Part shown: positions 27,803 to 41,521 of the stretch, one piece after another
Layout of the letters: every line of letters begins with the position of its first letter
How positions within the stretch are numbered: the first letter of the stretch is position 1
Source: Lytechinus pictus
Taxonomy: Eukaryota
Assembly (NCBI RefSeq): GCF_037042905.1
Contig: NC_087245.1
Span: 40,240,001 to 40,304,000, forward strand
Direction: 5' to 3'
DNA: 64,000 bases
Notes under the pieces: model-generated
What the model was told of the DNA's origin: nothing
What the model saw: the letters and a program-made list of their open reading frames with translations, nothing else
Databases searched by the model: none
Translations under genes and position numbers: made by a program

Positions 27803-27943
27803 GATTCCTAAACATACCTTTGCTCCGGCGTTTCTCGGTTCGTCAACTGGTTATTTGTGGTGGAATCATTTCAAGTTTGGGACTTGCACTTTCCTCCTTT
27901 GCTCAAACAAGTTCCCAATTTTCAGCTGCGTTCACGGCGTACG
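27803..27943 (+). CDS. SLC16-like transporter, coding exon 2
   Basis: ATACAG| acceptor; FLNIPLLRRFSVRQLVICGG (MFS motif-A-like loop); donor G|GTAAGT; 141 nt keeps phase 1. Confidence 0.9.
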
Positions 27944-28174
27944 GTAAGTATATTGGCCTACATTTACAAGAATGATATGCAAATTTTTACTGCGATAGAG
28001 AGTCACATTCGTATATGTAGATGATAAAAGATATAGGGAACTGAAAATGAAAAGAAAGTGTAAGCCTAATCTCATATCAAAAACTTTATAGGCTCTTTCT
28101 TCTCCCACATTCCTAAACTACGAAACGTAAGCTAGTTGCAACCGTAAACAGTGTTTTGCACGTTCTTACATCAG

Positions 28175-28351
28175 GGGGCCGTTTCATAAATCTGTTCGTA
28201 AGTTAATGTAGGGATTTTAAGAAAGATAGGTGATCCTTTCTTGTGGTAAATGATAATCACCATTAACTGTTGATTAGTCATCATTTATAGCGCGTAAGAA
28301 AGGTTCACCAATCGTTCTCAAAGTCGCTCAACAGCTTTATGAAACACCCAC
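28175..28351. mobile_element. Short PIF/Harbinger-like MITE (MCT intron 2)
   Basis: GGGGCCGTTTCATAAA ... TTTATGAAACACCCAC imperfect TIRs. Confidence 0.6.
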
Positions 28352-29230
28352 CTGGAATTACTCCTGGCCTCGTCCGGTCTCGTCCCGGCCTCACCCGAGA
28401 ACCTATCAAGTGCCAAGGCCAGGGCCTACACACGTTCGATGCCAAGAAGGACAATACCAGCGAACACACAACTGACTGCTACCATGGACCTATAGGTCAA
28501 ATGCTGCTACAAATTATATATGATTACTTTGTCAGATCCTAGGTCAGATTTGACTTAAAAACATACTTTTCTGTCTAGAATAAGTTAGAAATATGGCGGG
28601 ACATTTGGCCTAGTTTATGTTGAAAATAGAAACATTCCAACAATTTCCCGGGTACCGTATTTATTGCAAAGAAAATATTATTTGCCTACATATTCGGAAG
28701 AGATTTCACCCTATTCACAGTGAACATAAAGTACACGAAACGTCCATTGTGCTGTAACTTTCGGATAAAAATCAAGAAGATGGAGATGGGTCCGATTTGA
28801 TTTTGAAATAAAATAAATCACAACATAGAATGCAGAATTTGTATATACAAGCTGCCATCGTAAATCTAAAGATAGATTACGAGTTGTTGCTCATGGTGGT
28901 ATACCCTGCACAGCGGCAACCTTAACTTCCTGTTACTCCTGATGGCAAACCTTTAAGAATACGTTGTCCAAAATAAGGGGCTGGAATGATTGAATGTAAA
29001 CATCTCGCATTATCTCGCTCTTACAGCGAATATATATCGCTATATATGGAGCCAATTTATTGCCACAAGCCCACAATGCCTTGATGAATATGTCTTTAAA
29101 CAAATTGCCAACTTTAAACGGTCTAATTTAGTATTAAGTAGCATGAATGTAAATGTCGACATTTTTTGTTTTCACCTTTTCTTTTAAAAACATATTTACT
29201 AATCAGCTTGCCTATTCTTTTTCTCAACAG

Positions 29231-30289
29231 GTTTTGGGATCATCTTCGTCATTCTTCCAGCAACAACGTGCATCACGGATTACTTCCCAGATCATGTATC
29301 GATTGCAACGGGAACCGTTCTTGCGGGGGGAAGTGCTGGAGTCACGGCGATGCCTTGGTTATTCCAAAACCTTCTCGGTCATTATGGTTGGAGGGGTTCT
29401 ATTTTAATTCTTGCTGGAATAAATTTTCATCTAGGAGTCATTGGTGCCCTTTTGGAACCAGTGCAGAAAAATGACAGGGATTCTCTCAATATCAAGGATG
29501 AAATGGATAACACCGACGACGTTTCGCTTGATGATCATGCAAGTAGTGTACAGGAAGAATGTGCAACTATTTCTGGTGGACTGGTTCCTTCCGCGGAAAA
29601 CATGCACGAGCAATTTGCGCCAATTATGGACAACTCTCTAAGTGACTTAGAAGTTAAAGCTATCTACGGAACCGACGATGATCGGCTGGAGTTAGGAAAA
29701 TGGTCAATGGCAAGTGAACAAAGTAAACACGTTTCCCACATTGAAGACATAACAGACAAACCTGAGGAAGGAAATCGGAAAGGAAGATATGCCAACTGCA
29801 AATCCAAAGCACTGCATTTATTTGGGTTGGGCATCTTTAGAGATCACCCCTTAATGATCCTTGTGTTTATAGAATGTTTCTTATTCTGCCATTCTTACCA
29901 TGCGTGGATATTATACGTAATTCCAAACGCACTCTCAAAGGGAATATCCCCCCAAAGAGCAGTCCTTGTTTCCGTCACTGGAGGTGCCATCAACTTCATC
30001 GGTCGTCTAGGAATAGGATTCTTCTGGTCATTGAAATGTATCAGGTTCGATATTTGGTACTCGCTGATGTTTCTCCTCTCTGCAGTTGCATTCGCGTCGA
30101 ATTTCGTTGCAGAATCGTTTGGATTTCTGATGGGGCTTTCTGCATGCTATGATCTCTTCATGGGGGCCATGATCATGTCACAATTCCAGTTGGTCTACAA
30201 TACTGTGGGACAAGTCGATTACAAAACAGGAATATCTGTGTTCTTCTTCGGCTTTGGTCTCAGTGGCCCGATAACAGGAGCAATATTTG
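29231..30289 (+). CDS. SLC16-like transporter, coding exon 3
   Basis: CAACAG| acceptor; DYFP...IATG...G, YGWRGS, long acidic central loop, IGRL..G; donor G|GTAAGA. Confidence 0.92.
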
Positions 30290-31411
30290 GTAAGATTCCA
30301 ATGAACATTACAATAAAAAATTGATGTACAACCGCAATGCTTCCAAAATAAAATACCATTGAATCCGAAAACTTCACAAGGCAGACAAGTGATTTAATCC
30401 AACTGCAATACTTATGTGTTCATAATGAGAATCGAAGTACAGAAAATACACTATAAAAGAGAAGTTCATCCAAACGAAAAGTTGATTTGATTCATTCATT
30501 TTTTTTCTTTTACATTTAATTGTATGACTGATACAATATTTCAATTTTGCAGATACTGTTAAGAGACATTTCATAAAATCACAATAGGTTATGATGACAA
30601 TTCCCCCAATCACAATGATGATTTGAACTTGGGAGCTAATTCTATCCAAATATATCCTTTCCGATTTTGGTGTTTTTACGCAGACTCGTCGGTCTTTAGA
30701 CGTTTAATTGATTAGTAATGTTTTGTCCTAAAAAAACACTTGTATAAATGGAACTTGGCCCACATCCATTTTTCAGACAGTTCACGGTCGAATAAAATCA
30801 AATCTATTTTTGCTAAAAAATTCCTCTCTGAAAAAGTGAGCAACTGACAGAACATATAATTAACAGATTCGATAATTTCATAAAAAATAAGAAGTGCAAT
30901 TTCACTTGTTTACAATATACAAAATATAAGAAAAAAAAACTCTTTTTTGGTGAGAATGACAGCTGAAAATACCCTGATGGTATAAAAACCATTAAACCAA
31001 TACTTGTGTGGGCAAATATTGATAAATATTTACAAGCTATGCATAATTGTAAACCTGTCTCTCTAAATGCAATATATTTAATCTGGTCCCTAATCCCGCT
31101 CCTCTTGGAGTGAGACAATCATACTTCTTCTGGAATGTCATTTAATCTTTTGAGAGTGGATTTTAAATCTTTTTGGATTGAAAATGTAAAAATGCTCAGT
31201 GTACTCCAGGAGTTATTATGCACTCTCTGAGAACATACAATTTACTCCAAGTGAGTGTGATATACCTCTCTTGCATATTAGAGAGGAGATTTTGTTTTAA
31301 TGAATAAAATTCCTAAATCATTTTGGTCAAATTATTCTACATTTCGATGTCAAAGGTCACATTTGTTTAACATATGTCTTAACTTAAATTTACCTGCTCT
31401 TTATTTTTCAG

Positions 31412-31569
31412 GCACTATGTACGATACCACAGGTTCATACGATGTTGCATTTGGGATAATAGCAGTGTTGGACGTAACAGTCGCCATCCTAAATATTACA
31501 CCACTTTGTTGGAAACGATATCAACGCCGGTCACATACAGAATGTGAGACGATAAACAAGAAGGTTTAG
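31412..31569 (+). CDS. SLC16-like transporter, coding exon 4 (stop)
   Basis: TTTTTCAG| acceptor; GTMYDTTGSYDVAF matches the SLC16 G..YD.TGSY..F motif; TAG at 31567-31569. Confidence 0.9.
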
Positions 31570-31969
31570 GAGCCATAATGAACAGTTGAACAATATCATG
31601 AATATTGTACCAGTTACCATCCCTCGAAATGTGTTCTTCACTTTACGCTTGTTCCTATAACAACCGTTTCCCCCTCGACATCACTTTATTTCCCACAAGA
31701 AATATCTACTTGTGAATGTGTGTATATATATACATATATTGCCTACCTAGAGTTTGAATATAACATTTCCTCTCCCCTACAGATTTATATTTTCTCCAAG
31801 GGATTATATTTTGCCCGAAGCGCGCAGCTCTGAGGGAAAATATTATCCCAATATACGGCTATACTATGATACTAAGCGATGATTTGTAAAGAGAATAATG
31901 ACAAATCTCCCCACGCCTCGGTGGACACTATGGCTTATGTATCATTTTCAGACAATGTCCGAGAAATTA

Positions 31970-34480
31970 TGTTGAACAATTAAATGTAAATGTTTTCAAA
32001 AGTGAAAAAAGGAGGTTTTATTCAGAAAAATTACACTCATATAAAAACGACCTTAAATATACATGGAAATAATAAATGGGGCTCTAAACAAAATTAACAA
32101 ATCTAGTGCTGTTGATAAATTATGTGTAGATGGAAATATGGTTGAAGATAATAATAATAATAATAATAATAATAGCGGTATATTTACTTCAGTTCCGAAA
32201 ACTGTTCTCCCAGCGGGCCCTGCTATTATTACCCCGGCTTTAGCTGGGCTGCCTAGGCGCTCAAGCATTCAAGGAATTAATCCTGCCGGGTACCCATTTA
32301 CCTCACCTGGGTCGAGTGCAGCACAATGTGGATAAATTTCTTGCCGAAGGAAATTACGCCATGGCTGGGATTCGAACCCACGACCCTCTGTTTCAAAGTC
32401 CGAAGACTAATCCACTGGGCCACAACGCTCCACTCATTCTATACTCATTCTATAGCAAATAAATTTAATACATATTTCTCTCAAATTGGACCAAAGTTAG
32501 CTGGAAATATTATGCCTGTAGAAAATTCGTTTAAGGACTTTTTGGATAAAATGATAGTTCAATATTTCTTACTCCAGTTCATATAGAAGAATAACTTGAG
32601 ATTGTATTTAATTTGAAAGCAGAAAAGACTCCTGGTTATGATGGCATTACAAATAGAATTTTTAAAAACATTATACATTCTTTTGCTAATCCTCTGCTTC
32701 ATATATTCAATTCATCATTGCACCTTGGCCAGGTCCCAAAGAAGATGAAAATAGCAAAAATTATACCCATTTTCAAGAAGGGAGATCAATTAATTACTAG
32801 TAATTACCGCCCAATATATTTGTTAACTTCGTTCTCAAAAATTCTTGAAAGGATAATTTTTAACAGGACAGTTGCTTTCCTTAAGAAATATAGTATTATA
32901 CAGTATGTGATAATCAATTCGGTTTTAGAGAAAAACATAATACAACTCATGCTATATTGGCATTAATAAATAAAATATCTACTTCTTTTGACAATTTTGA
33001 TCATACCGTAGGGTTGTTCCTCGACTTCTCAAAAGCGTTTGATACAATAGATCATGAAATACCATTATGTAAGCTATCAAATTACGGTATCAGAGGGACA
33101 TCTTTCCAATGGTTTAGGAGTTATCTTACTGATAGAATTCAGTTTGTTACAGTAAATGAATCAGAATCTCCAACAAGGCCAGTTGCCTGTGGAATTCCAC
33201 AAGGTAGTATTATTGGCCCATTGCTATTTGTATTTCATGTTAATGATATGAAAAATTCATCTCGTGTTCTCTCATTTATTCTCTTTGCTGATGATTCCAA
33301 TATTTTCTACACACATCATGATCCACATGTCCTTGTGAGCACTATGAATGCAGAATTTTAAAAAGTAACAAACTGGATTAAAGCCAATAAACTGTCATTG
33401 AATCTGCAAAAAATAATTATATGCTTTTTAGTCATTCATTGAAACATCTACCGCATCAAATACTTTTAGATGATACTGAGATCAAAGAAGTGCAAACAAA
33501 ATGTTTTTTTAGGTCTTACTATTGATTCAAGCTTACGTGGAAAGCTCGTTTCAACAATATTTGCAAAACTGTGGCAAGAAATATTGGAGTCATCAAGAAG
33601 CTTAAAAACGTTATTCCAGCACAGTCGCTATCCATGTTGTATTGTGCAATAATTCTACCATATCTTAATTATGGGATTCTGGCATGGGGTAAGGCCTCTC
33701 AAACGAGACTCAATAAAGTCTTGCTACTTCAGAAAAAAGTAATGAGAATAATATGCAATATGTCCTTTAGAGCTCATACGGATGAATTGTTTCGTCAGAA
33801 ACGTATCCTTATAAGTCAGTGACCTGCACCGCTTACAACTATTCCAATTCATGTATCAGCTAGATAGAAATAGTGTACCTAGTGTCCTACAAAAGAAATT
33901 TATGAGAAACAATACTTTGCATTCATATAATACGAGACAGTCAAATGACTATCACTTACCTAAAAGTAGAACAGTATTTTCTAGCAAAACTGTATTTTTC
34001 ACAGGAACAAAACTCTGGAATTCTCTGGACAGAGTAATAAAAGAGGCAGCTAATCTGAACCGATTTAATTACTCATCAAAAATTTATTCTGAATTCTTAT
34101 TGATTCAACCAAGTAATTTATGAACTTCATACTTATCCACGGTAGTGTTGATTATTTTAAAGTCAATATTTAATTTTGTATATAGTGTATATACATTTGT
34201 GTTACAGTGTTTATATCTATATAAAATTATATAGAATTTCGCAGTTTATTTTTACTCTACTTATATCATATTACCCTTGTATAAAATTTTGATAGGGGGT
34301 CTACATCTTACAAGCTTTGCTTTTTCAGTAGACCCCTCCACTTTTTTTTTCATTTCATTGGTACGTTTCAACCCTGCATATGTTATGCAGTTGATGCATC
34401 TTTTCATTGTAAAAATGACTTTTTATGAAATGTACTTTGAGGATTTGTGGAATATGAATATATCAATAAAGAAATAAAAA
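31970..34480 (+). mobile_element. 5'-truncated, frameshifted CR1/L2-group LINE (RT region plus 3' UTR)
   Basis: K.PG.DG, NYRPI, FLDFSKAFD, GIPQGSIIGP, FADD, LNYG..AWG, HSYNTRQ, KLWNSL motifs across ORFs 32613-34123. Confidence 0.9.
32149..32431 (-). mobile_element. tRNA-derived SINE, tail type 2, inserted into the LINE
   Basis: Same head, core and tail as 26422; interrupts LINE frame ...NMVED|THSIANKF. Confidence 0.9.
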
Positions 34481-34978
34481 TGTGCAAAGATAAACAGTAT
34501 GATAAAGACTCCTGGTGGTTGTGGAAAAAGACAATAGGATTAGCTATTTTGTTTACATTGTTAATTTCACGGAGGTCATTCAAGAGTCTTCTAAAATTAG
34601 ACTGCTCTAGAAATTGGCAGAATGTTTTCTTTTTGGTAGACAATACTAAAAGCTTCCAGAATAGTGGAAATTTATATATATAATCTGGCAGTTTCTTCAT
34701 CAGATCAGAACTCAGAGTTTCACACCAGACTTTATGTCAGAGCATAGTTTATTTCCAACTGGAATATAACATTTATCTTCTGTGGAATTATTTGCACGCA
34801 ATCAATGAACTGTTTGCAGTTATTTTGAGAAAGGAATTCTCAGTTCTCCTCGAGATAATCAACCTGTTTTATTGAACGCTCAGTTTCAACCCATGGATTG
34901 CTGAAATTGACTGTTTGGCATCATCAACATCTTCTTCACAGACATTTCAACTCGTTAGAGTGACTCTTGTTATTCATC

Positions 34979-35092
34979 GTGCTTCAACATCAATATTGGA
35001 GAGCAATTTATTTGTACAAAGCGCATAGAGCAATTTTAATTGATTATGCGCTATATAAGAACCAATTTATTATTATTATTATTTATTATTTA
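34979..35092 (+). mobile_element. Short L2-type 3' tail insertion
   Basis: GCGCATA...TATGCGCTATATAAG stem-loop plus (TTA)n; TTATTCATC on both flanks. Confidence 0.65.
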
Positions 35093-35319
35093 TTATTCAT
35101 CATCGCCATCATTGTGTACTTTAATTTAAGGAATCTTTGCCAACCAACTTGGATTTTATCTGGATTAAATACGGAACTATCATAACTTTGGATTGCACGT
35201 ATAACTCTTCAAGGGATGTAAGATCATTATTTGTTTTTGTTTTGTTTAGTGTATGATTCATCTATTTCCTGTAATAAAAAGGAAATCAAATTTAAAACTA
35301 ATTTTTCATTGTTATTTGT

Positions 35320-36600
35320 TGCAGTATCGTAACACCTGCGCCGACGCAAGCACGGTTGACTATTGTATTGTCTCTGCAAATTTCATTGATCATATTGAAG
35401 ACTTAACTGTTGACAACTTTGAAAAATGTCTGACAGATAAACACAGTCCAATGTTTGTTTCCATGAAATATGTTAAGAAAATATTATTTTCAGAAGAGAA
35501 GAGTCATTAGACAAATAACGATTATGATTCCCATTTGAAAAGGAAATATTATAAATGGAATTCTGAATTTTGCACACTCCTTAGATGAGGATAAAATAAA
35601 CAAAATATTTGAAATGATAGAGGGTATCACAAATAAACCCCAAATTAGTAGTCAATCTGTCAATAATATAGTGAATGAAATAAAACAGGTATGTTATAAG
35701 ACTGCAACTGTATGTGGTATGTCACGGCAGAAAAAAAAACTGGCACGACTATTACCACCACCGCATACATTCGTAATTCCGAAGCTTCGTTATTCTGAAG
35801 GTTCGGATATTCCGAAGGTTCGTTATTCCGAAGGTTCGTATTTCCGAAGGTTCGTAATTCCGAAGGTTCGTTCGTCCGAAAACGAAATGAGGTTCGTAAT
35901 TCCGAAGGTTCGTTAGTCCGAAAATGAAGTGAGGTTCGTAATTCCGATGGTTCGTTAACCCGCAAACGAAGTGATGAGGTTCGTAATTCCGAAGGTTCGT
36001 TAGTCCGAAAACGAAATGATTAACAAACCTTATTTCGTTTTCGGACTAACGAACCTTCGGATCAACGAACCTTATTTCATTTTCGGATAAACGAACCTTC
36101 GGAACAACGAACCTTATTTCGTTTTCGGATTAACAAACCTTCGGAACATCGAACCCTTATTTCGTTTCCGGATTATCGAACCTTCGGAATAACGAACCTT
36201 CGGAATAACGCCACAAATGTTCGGATTAACGAACCCTTTTACGTTTTCGGATTAACGAACATCGAGGTATAGGCAATTTACGTGTTTCGGAATTACGAAC
36301 CTTAGGAATAAAGAACCTTCTGAATTACGAGCCTTCGGAATTACGAAGTGTAACCATTACCACTGCATCTCCGCAAACAAAGCCTTGGTTTGATAAAGAA
36401 TGTATGAAATTGAGAAAGAATTTCTTAAATTAAAGAAATAAAATTTTAAAAATGTAAAGATGAAAATGAGAAAATGGGATTAGTTTTGAATACCTTACGC
36501 GAACAATACAAAACCGTAAAGAAGAAAACAATCAAAATATGTTTCTGACCTTCAGGGCAATTAGGGGAAAGTGAAAAATAATAATATTGGCGACCATTGT
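35320..36600 (+). mobile_element. Old LINE fragment (endonuclease end plus tether), interrupted by a MITE
   Basis: STVDYCIVS...TDKHSPM (APE end) and KPWFDKEC motifs. Confidence 0.65.
35759..36355. mobile_element. Foldback-like MITE built from 16-bp units
   Basis: TCCGAAGGTTCGTWAT units on the left, inverted units on the right; ATTACCAC on both flanks. Confidence 0.85.
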
Positions 36601-36658
36601 AAATATTGTAACAAAGTGAAATGTTTATTTATTGTTCAGCATGGTTTCGGAGGTGCCG

Positions 36659-36770
36659 GGTAAAAATGGCAAAGGTAATAATGGTAGAGGTAAAAATGGC
36701 AAAGGTAAAATGGCAGAGGTAATAATGGCAGAGGTAATAATGGCAGAGGTAAAAATATGGCAGAGGTAAA
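36659..36770 (+). repeat. 15-bp minisatellite (GGTAAWAATGGCARA), about 7 units
   Basis: Directly visible tandem array. Confidence 0.85.
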
Positions 36771-37531
36771 GATCATAACATGCTACATCAACAAGGAAGA
36801 GGCAGAGCCTTTCCGGTAAATATCACTCATGATTGTTGACCTCGAATATAATGGACTCCTATCGACAAAACAAGTATATATGAACTGATCCGGGGAACTG
36901 ATGAGACTTTTCCCTATCATTTTAGGTCTATACTTTATCGTTGATATGATTAAACTCAAACATTTTCATGCCAAAATGATTTCAATTAATCATAGTAGTC
37001 TAATAGTGACTGTAAATATATTCCAAATATGGTATGACTATACAATTCGGGTGTGAATGGGAGTCACCCTCTACGCCCTACGCCTTCGAACTCAATTTGC
37101 ATTCACAACAGTAAAAATACAAATGAATGGCCTGAAAAAACATAATCTATGTTTACTCTTTCCTGGTGGAACATTGGGAAAAACCCTTTGGTCTTGTGAT
37201 ACAAGTAAAAATGAAAAAAGAAAAAACAGTCGACGGTGTCAGTCAAATCATATTTACAAACGGTCAGATGCATTTCTATTAAAAAAATTGCTTGTTTAAA
37301 TACCAGGCAAATCGTTCTACTATTCTCATTCACAACACCGCTGTCCTACCCATGGGAAATTTTGTTTGTGACCTTTCATCTAGATTCTGGAGCTCGACAG
37401 ATCTTCCTTACCATCTCCTTCCAACTTTCTCTAATCGCACCACAAGCGCTCACAAACCACTCTACGATCGTGATTTGGAGAGTTGAGATTCGAATCGATC
37501 CTGACTTCTAAGTTTGAGCAATTCGAGGAGA

Positions 37532-37921
37532 ATGGCAGGATTAGCTAGAACCCTCGCCGTGCATCTGTTTCTCGTTCTTTGGGCCTCCCAAGCAAAATCA
37601 GATCAATTGGAGTTCACCCCCCTACAGCTCCAGCAAATTGACGAGTCCAAATCACACTTCGAGGTGGACCATGAATTCGCCTACACCAGTAACAAACCTG
37701 TCTTCATATCTGGGTTCTCTAAAGCGCAAGAGAATTTCATTTTGGAACGGTTCGGAGCATTCTTTAGCAGTCAACCAACCAACCAAGTCGATTTGGCTAA
37801 GTGGGGGGCACCTTCCTCCATCAAAGCTTCGCCAATGATTCCAGTGTGCCCAGCAATAACGGTCAAGAAAATCCTCTACACTGGGATCAATGTTGACGAT
37901 GAACCAGTAGCCGTTGTACAG
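37532..37921 (+). CDS. Secreted Spaetzle/neurotrophin-like cystine-knot protein, exon 1 of 2 (223 aa total)
   Basis: ATG 37532; signal-peptide-like MAGLARTLAVHLFLVLWASQAKS; ends PVCPAITVKKILYTGINVDDEPVAVVQ; donor CAG|GTGGGT, phase 0. Confidence 0.75.
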
Positions 37922-38386
37922 GTGGGTTCACATTAATGTCTGCAAGAGTAGCATGACATTCCCACGAGAGGGATCAAATAAATTCGATCAGGACCATTGC
38001 AAGTAAGGGGAAATACATGGGCTGAAATTTTCCATTTCGGGAGCCACCTAAATTCAAGGGATAAAACAAAGGGTGATACCTAATTCCTGAATACAGTTAA
38101 CTTGGGAAAGACCTATCGTGAGATATATCCTTTTCTCGATCAATTTGTGCATATACACCATCACATTTTGTAATTTAATTTTCTGAGGAATTAATGCATA
38201 CTAGTATGCAAGCCAGCAAAAATTTGAGTAGCCCTGAATATTAATAGTACGAAAGTTGTAAATATACGAAAGACTTATCAGGTCTATCATGGCGAGTGAA
38301 CGTTGTGAGCGAGCCTTAATGAGAAAATCTTTAAATCGCTTGAATTAATGGGCACGGATTTCATTGGAACATAAGGGGTCACTTAA

Positions 38387-38966
38387 AGGGGTACTCCAGG
38401 CTGAAAGTATTTATATCTAAATAAAACGAGTAAAATTCACCGAGGAAAATGCTTAAAATGTCATAAAAATCTGATAACAAATAACGAAGTTATTGAATTT
38501 CAAAATTTATCAATATTTTGTGAAAACAGTTATATGCACGTCGTCATGAATTTTCATCAGGTTGGCTGATGATGTCACATCCAATTTGTTTTCTTATATT
38601 ATTAAAAGGAAACATTATCATTTTATTTTTCATACAAGTGTGCATGATAATGTCTTGCTTATGATAAAATAAATTGCAGCAATGAATCAGTTGTAAATGT
38701 ACCTTATTTAGTTCTTTGGGGAAAATTGAATAAACATATTTTCATATGAGAAAATAAAAAAGAACAATGGGGATATGACATCATCAGTTTGCCCATTGGA
38801 TATTCATCAAGGCATGCACAGATGACTATTTTACCAAAAATCATGCAAATCTAAAAGGCATAACTTTGTTATTTCTTGTCCGATTTTGATCAAATTTTTA
38901 GTGTTTTGTTTTCCTGATTTTTCTTTATCTGTTTGAATCAAATTATTTTCAGCCCGGAGCACCCTT
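38387..38966. mobile_element. Kolobok/T2-type MITE, third family (intronic)
   Basis: TTAA|AGGGGTACTCCAGGCTGAAA...TTTCAGCCCGGAGCACCCTT|TTAA. Confidence 0.85.
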
Positions 38967-40398
38967 TTAAAGAGGGAGCAGACTAACCAACACTCATTGT
39001 CTGTGTGTTGTATACAACTAGTCTAAGAAATATACGATTTGAAATAAGCATCAATTATTACACAGAAAGTAAATTAGACTATGATATTATTCAAACAGAG
39101 AAACTGTATTGGAAAAGAAAATACTTGCTTTGCTACTTGGTAACATAATTATTGCGGAATATTGAGTAGTGAAGTAGTATGCTATATTATTCAAATGGGT
39201 CTATATTACAAGATTATACCGCTCAGAATGATGCATTAATGATAGCCAGATGTGAGCAGTTGAGGACTTACGGTGGCGCTATTAAAGATGCTGGTTCGTT
39301 GCTGCTTTAACAACAACGAATGAAACTTCATAAAATAAAAGGAATAACGATTAATAAAAATAGAATGAAACATCCGATATCTGTCTCATGAAGGCCTATT
39401 GGTTTCTTTCTTTTATTTTCCACAAACAAAGATATATTGACATTAAACAACAATTTAGTGTTACATTTGCAGATCAAAATATGTAGTAGGAACGGAGTGT
39501 AAAGAAAACGACCCGTATTCTAAAGTCCGGTTTCATTTATGCCGTGGTCGAAGTCATTTTGGTACAAAATTATGATTATCTATGAGTATCAATAATTTTC
39601 TAAAATTGTAATGCTGCTTCTTGTGTTTACTGGGATCTTTCCCGATGTTTTTTTAATGAAGACGAAAAACAATAGTATTTATCATTTCGAGAAATTTGTT
39701 AATGATATTTTTGAATGCCAAATGTGATGATAAATGTATTACCTTATTCTAGAGATTGATGTCACATTTAGCTTCCTATTAGCTAATTCACAACTTCAGA
39801 CCACAACTTGAAGAGTTCAGAATACGAGTGTTTTATGAAGAGCAGAGTCCCTCGAATAACATACTATAGTTCTTTGAAGTAAAACATGTCTCGAAATAAA
39901 ACAGAAAACAGAAACACTAACTCTTAAAGTTAAAGAAAACATTTTTGTAAACATTATGCCCATAAGGGCATAATCTGTTTAAAAGTTATTTCGTATCGTG
40001 GGTTTTGTGTTTATTTTGTGAAGGAACAGCATTTCATATTCCTCAAAATTATAAAGAATATTTTAAAGAAGAATTATGAAGAGTATTTTGTGAGGGATTA
40101 ATGAAAAGAAATATATTGTTAGGAATTCATGTAAATAAGGGGTAAGAAGTCTGAATAATTATAACTCTCTTTATCGGAACAAACTTGTCAAAATCTTAAT
40201 CAACTGGGAGGAAATAACGAGTGCCATTGTTATAAAATAGAAAGAGGGGATCATAATCACAAAGAGTATGATGTGCCTTTATACAGAAACTAAATTATAA
40301 GACATCGTTAAGATGCATTATGATTGATATATATTCATCATTTTGTTCTCCTCTTTTTTCTTCATTTTACCTCTGGACTATATATATATTTTTTTCAG

Positions 40399-40680
40399 TT
40401 TGGTGATGTGAACCAGTGGGTTATATGGCAACAGTGCTCCTCCAAAGAGTCCCCTCATATTTCTCTATTTCAACACGGCAAACGGGTCGAATGTTCGCAT
40501 ACGGTTCGATCCGTTCCTATGGTGGTTTTTCGGTTACCCATTTCTTCTTTCGATGACGTCACGGTTCAGCACATCAAGATCAAGGCATGCACAAGTCACG
40601 TCACTGAGCCCTACCAACAAACAGATCAAACCGGACCAGATCCACTTGACCATCAACCACTTCAACCCTATTTTCAATGA
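40399..40680 (+). CDS. Secreted cystine-knot-like protein, exon 2 (stop)
   Basis: TTTTTTTCAG| acceptor, phase 0; FGDVNQWVIWQQC...VEC...IKIKACTS; TGA ends at 40680. Confidence 0.75.
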   Translation, partial: FGDVNQWVIWQQCSSKESPHISLFQHGKRVECSHTVRSVPMVVFRLPISSFDDVTVQHIKIKACTSHVTEPYQQTDQTGPDPLDHQPLQPYFQ

Positions 40681-41242
40681 TGACCATAATACGAAAAACA
40701 ACAGAATTAAGAGGGATCAACCCTTAATCAACTCAGTTATCTATACGCATTATTTTGAGAACCTTCGATTCAAACCGATTTCTTTTTACTAATCAAAATA
40801 CTTAGACTGATTTTTTTATAATCGATATTCAAGGTTTGAATAGTAGATTAAGCGTAATTACGATATCTATCTTTTAGCAGTGAATGGTAACATTGATCCC
40901 GAAATGTAGCTATCTTTGTTACGTCATTACTCGAACAATATAGATTTGTACCTAATTTTTGATAAAAACTTTCTCTTCTAAAAAAAAAAAACACATTGCC
41001 TATATAATGGAATCATCTCGTATCTCTGTGAACTCTTGCTGCGCTGATGTTGCAATTTTGCACATTCTTACAATTAAATTCAACAATCGTAATGATAATT
41101 ATGTGATAAATAGCTATAGTTCTCGGGTAGCATCTATTCAATAAATATCAACATCGATGGAGAAATTTGGAACTCTATATTCAAAGAAAATATCATAAGT
41201 ACAATTGTCATTATTTTCCCCCAAAATATCTAAGACTAACAT

Positions 41243-41521
41243 AATAATAACAATAATAATGATGATGATGATAATAATAATAATAATAATAATAATAAAC
41301 AATAATAATAGGCACCTTTATAGCGCCATCTATCTAGAAATAATCTATTCCGATGCGCATTGTTACTATTATTATTACCCCGGTTTTAGCTCGAGCTGCC
41401 TTTCAGCGCTCAGCGCATTCAAGGAATTAATCCTGCCGGGTACCCATACACCTCACCTGGGTTGAGTGCAGCACAATGTGGATAAATTTCTTGCTGAAGG
41501 AAAACACGCCATGGCTAGGAT
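41243..41521 (-). mobile_element. 5'-truncated tRNA-SINE, tail type 1
   Basis: Same core and tail as 4241; breaks off within the B box. Confidence 0.85.

Noticed and set aside
35759..36355. Regularly spaced repeats resembling a CRISPR array
   Set aside because: Units are contiguous, flip orientation midway and lack unique spacers; flanked by an 8-bp duplication, so a MITE
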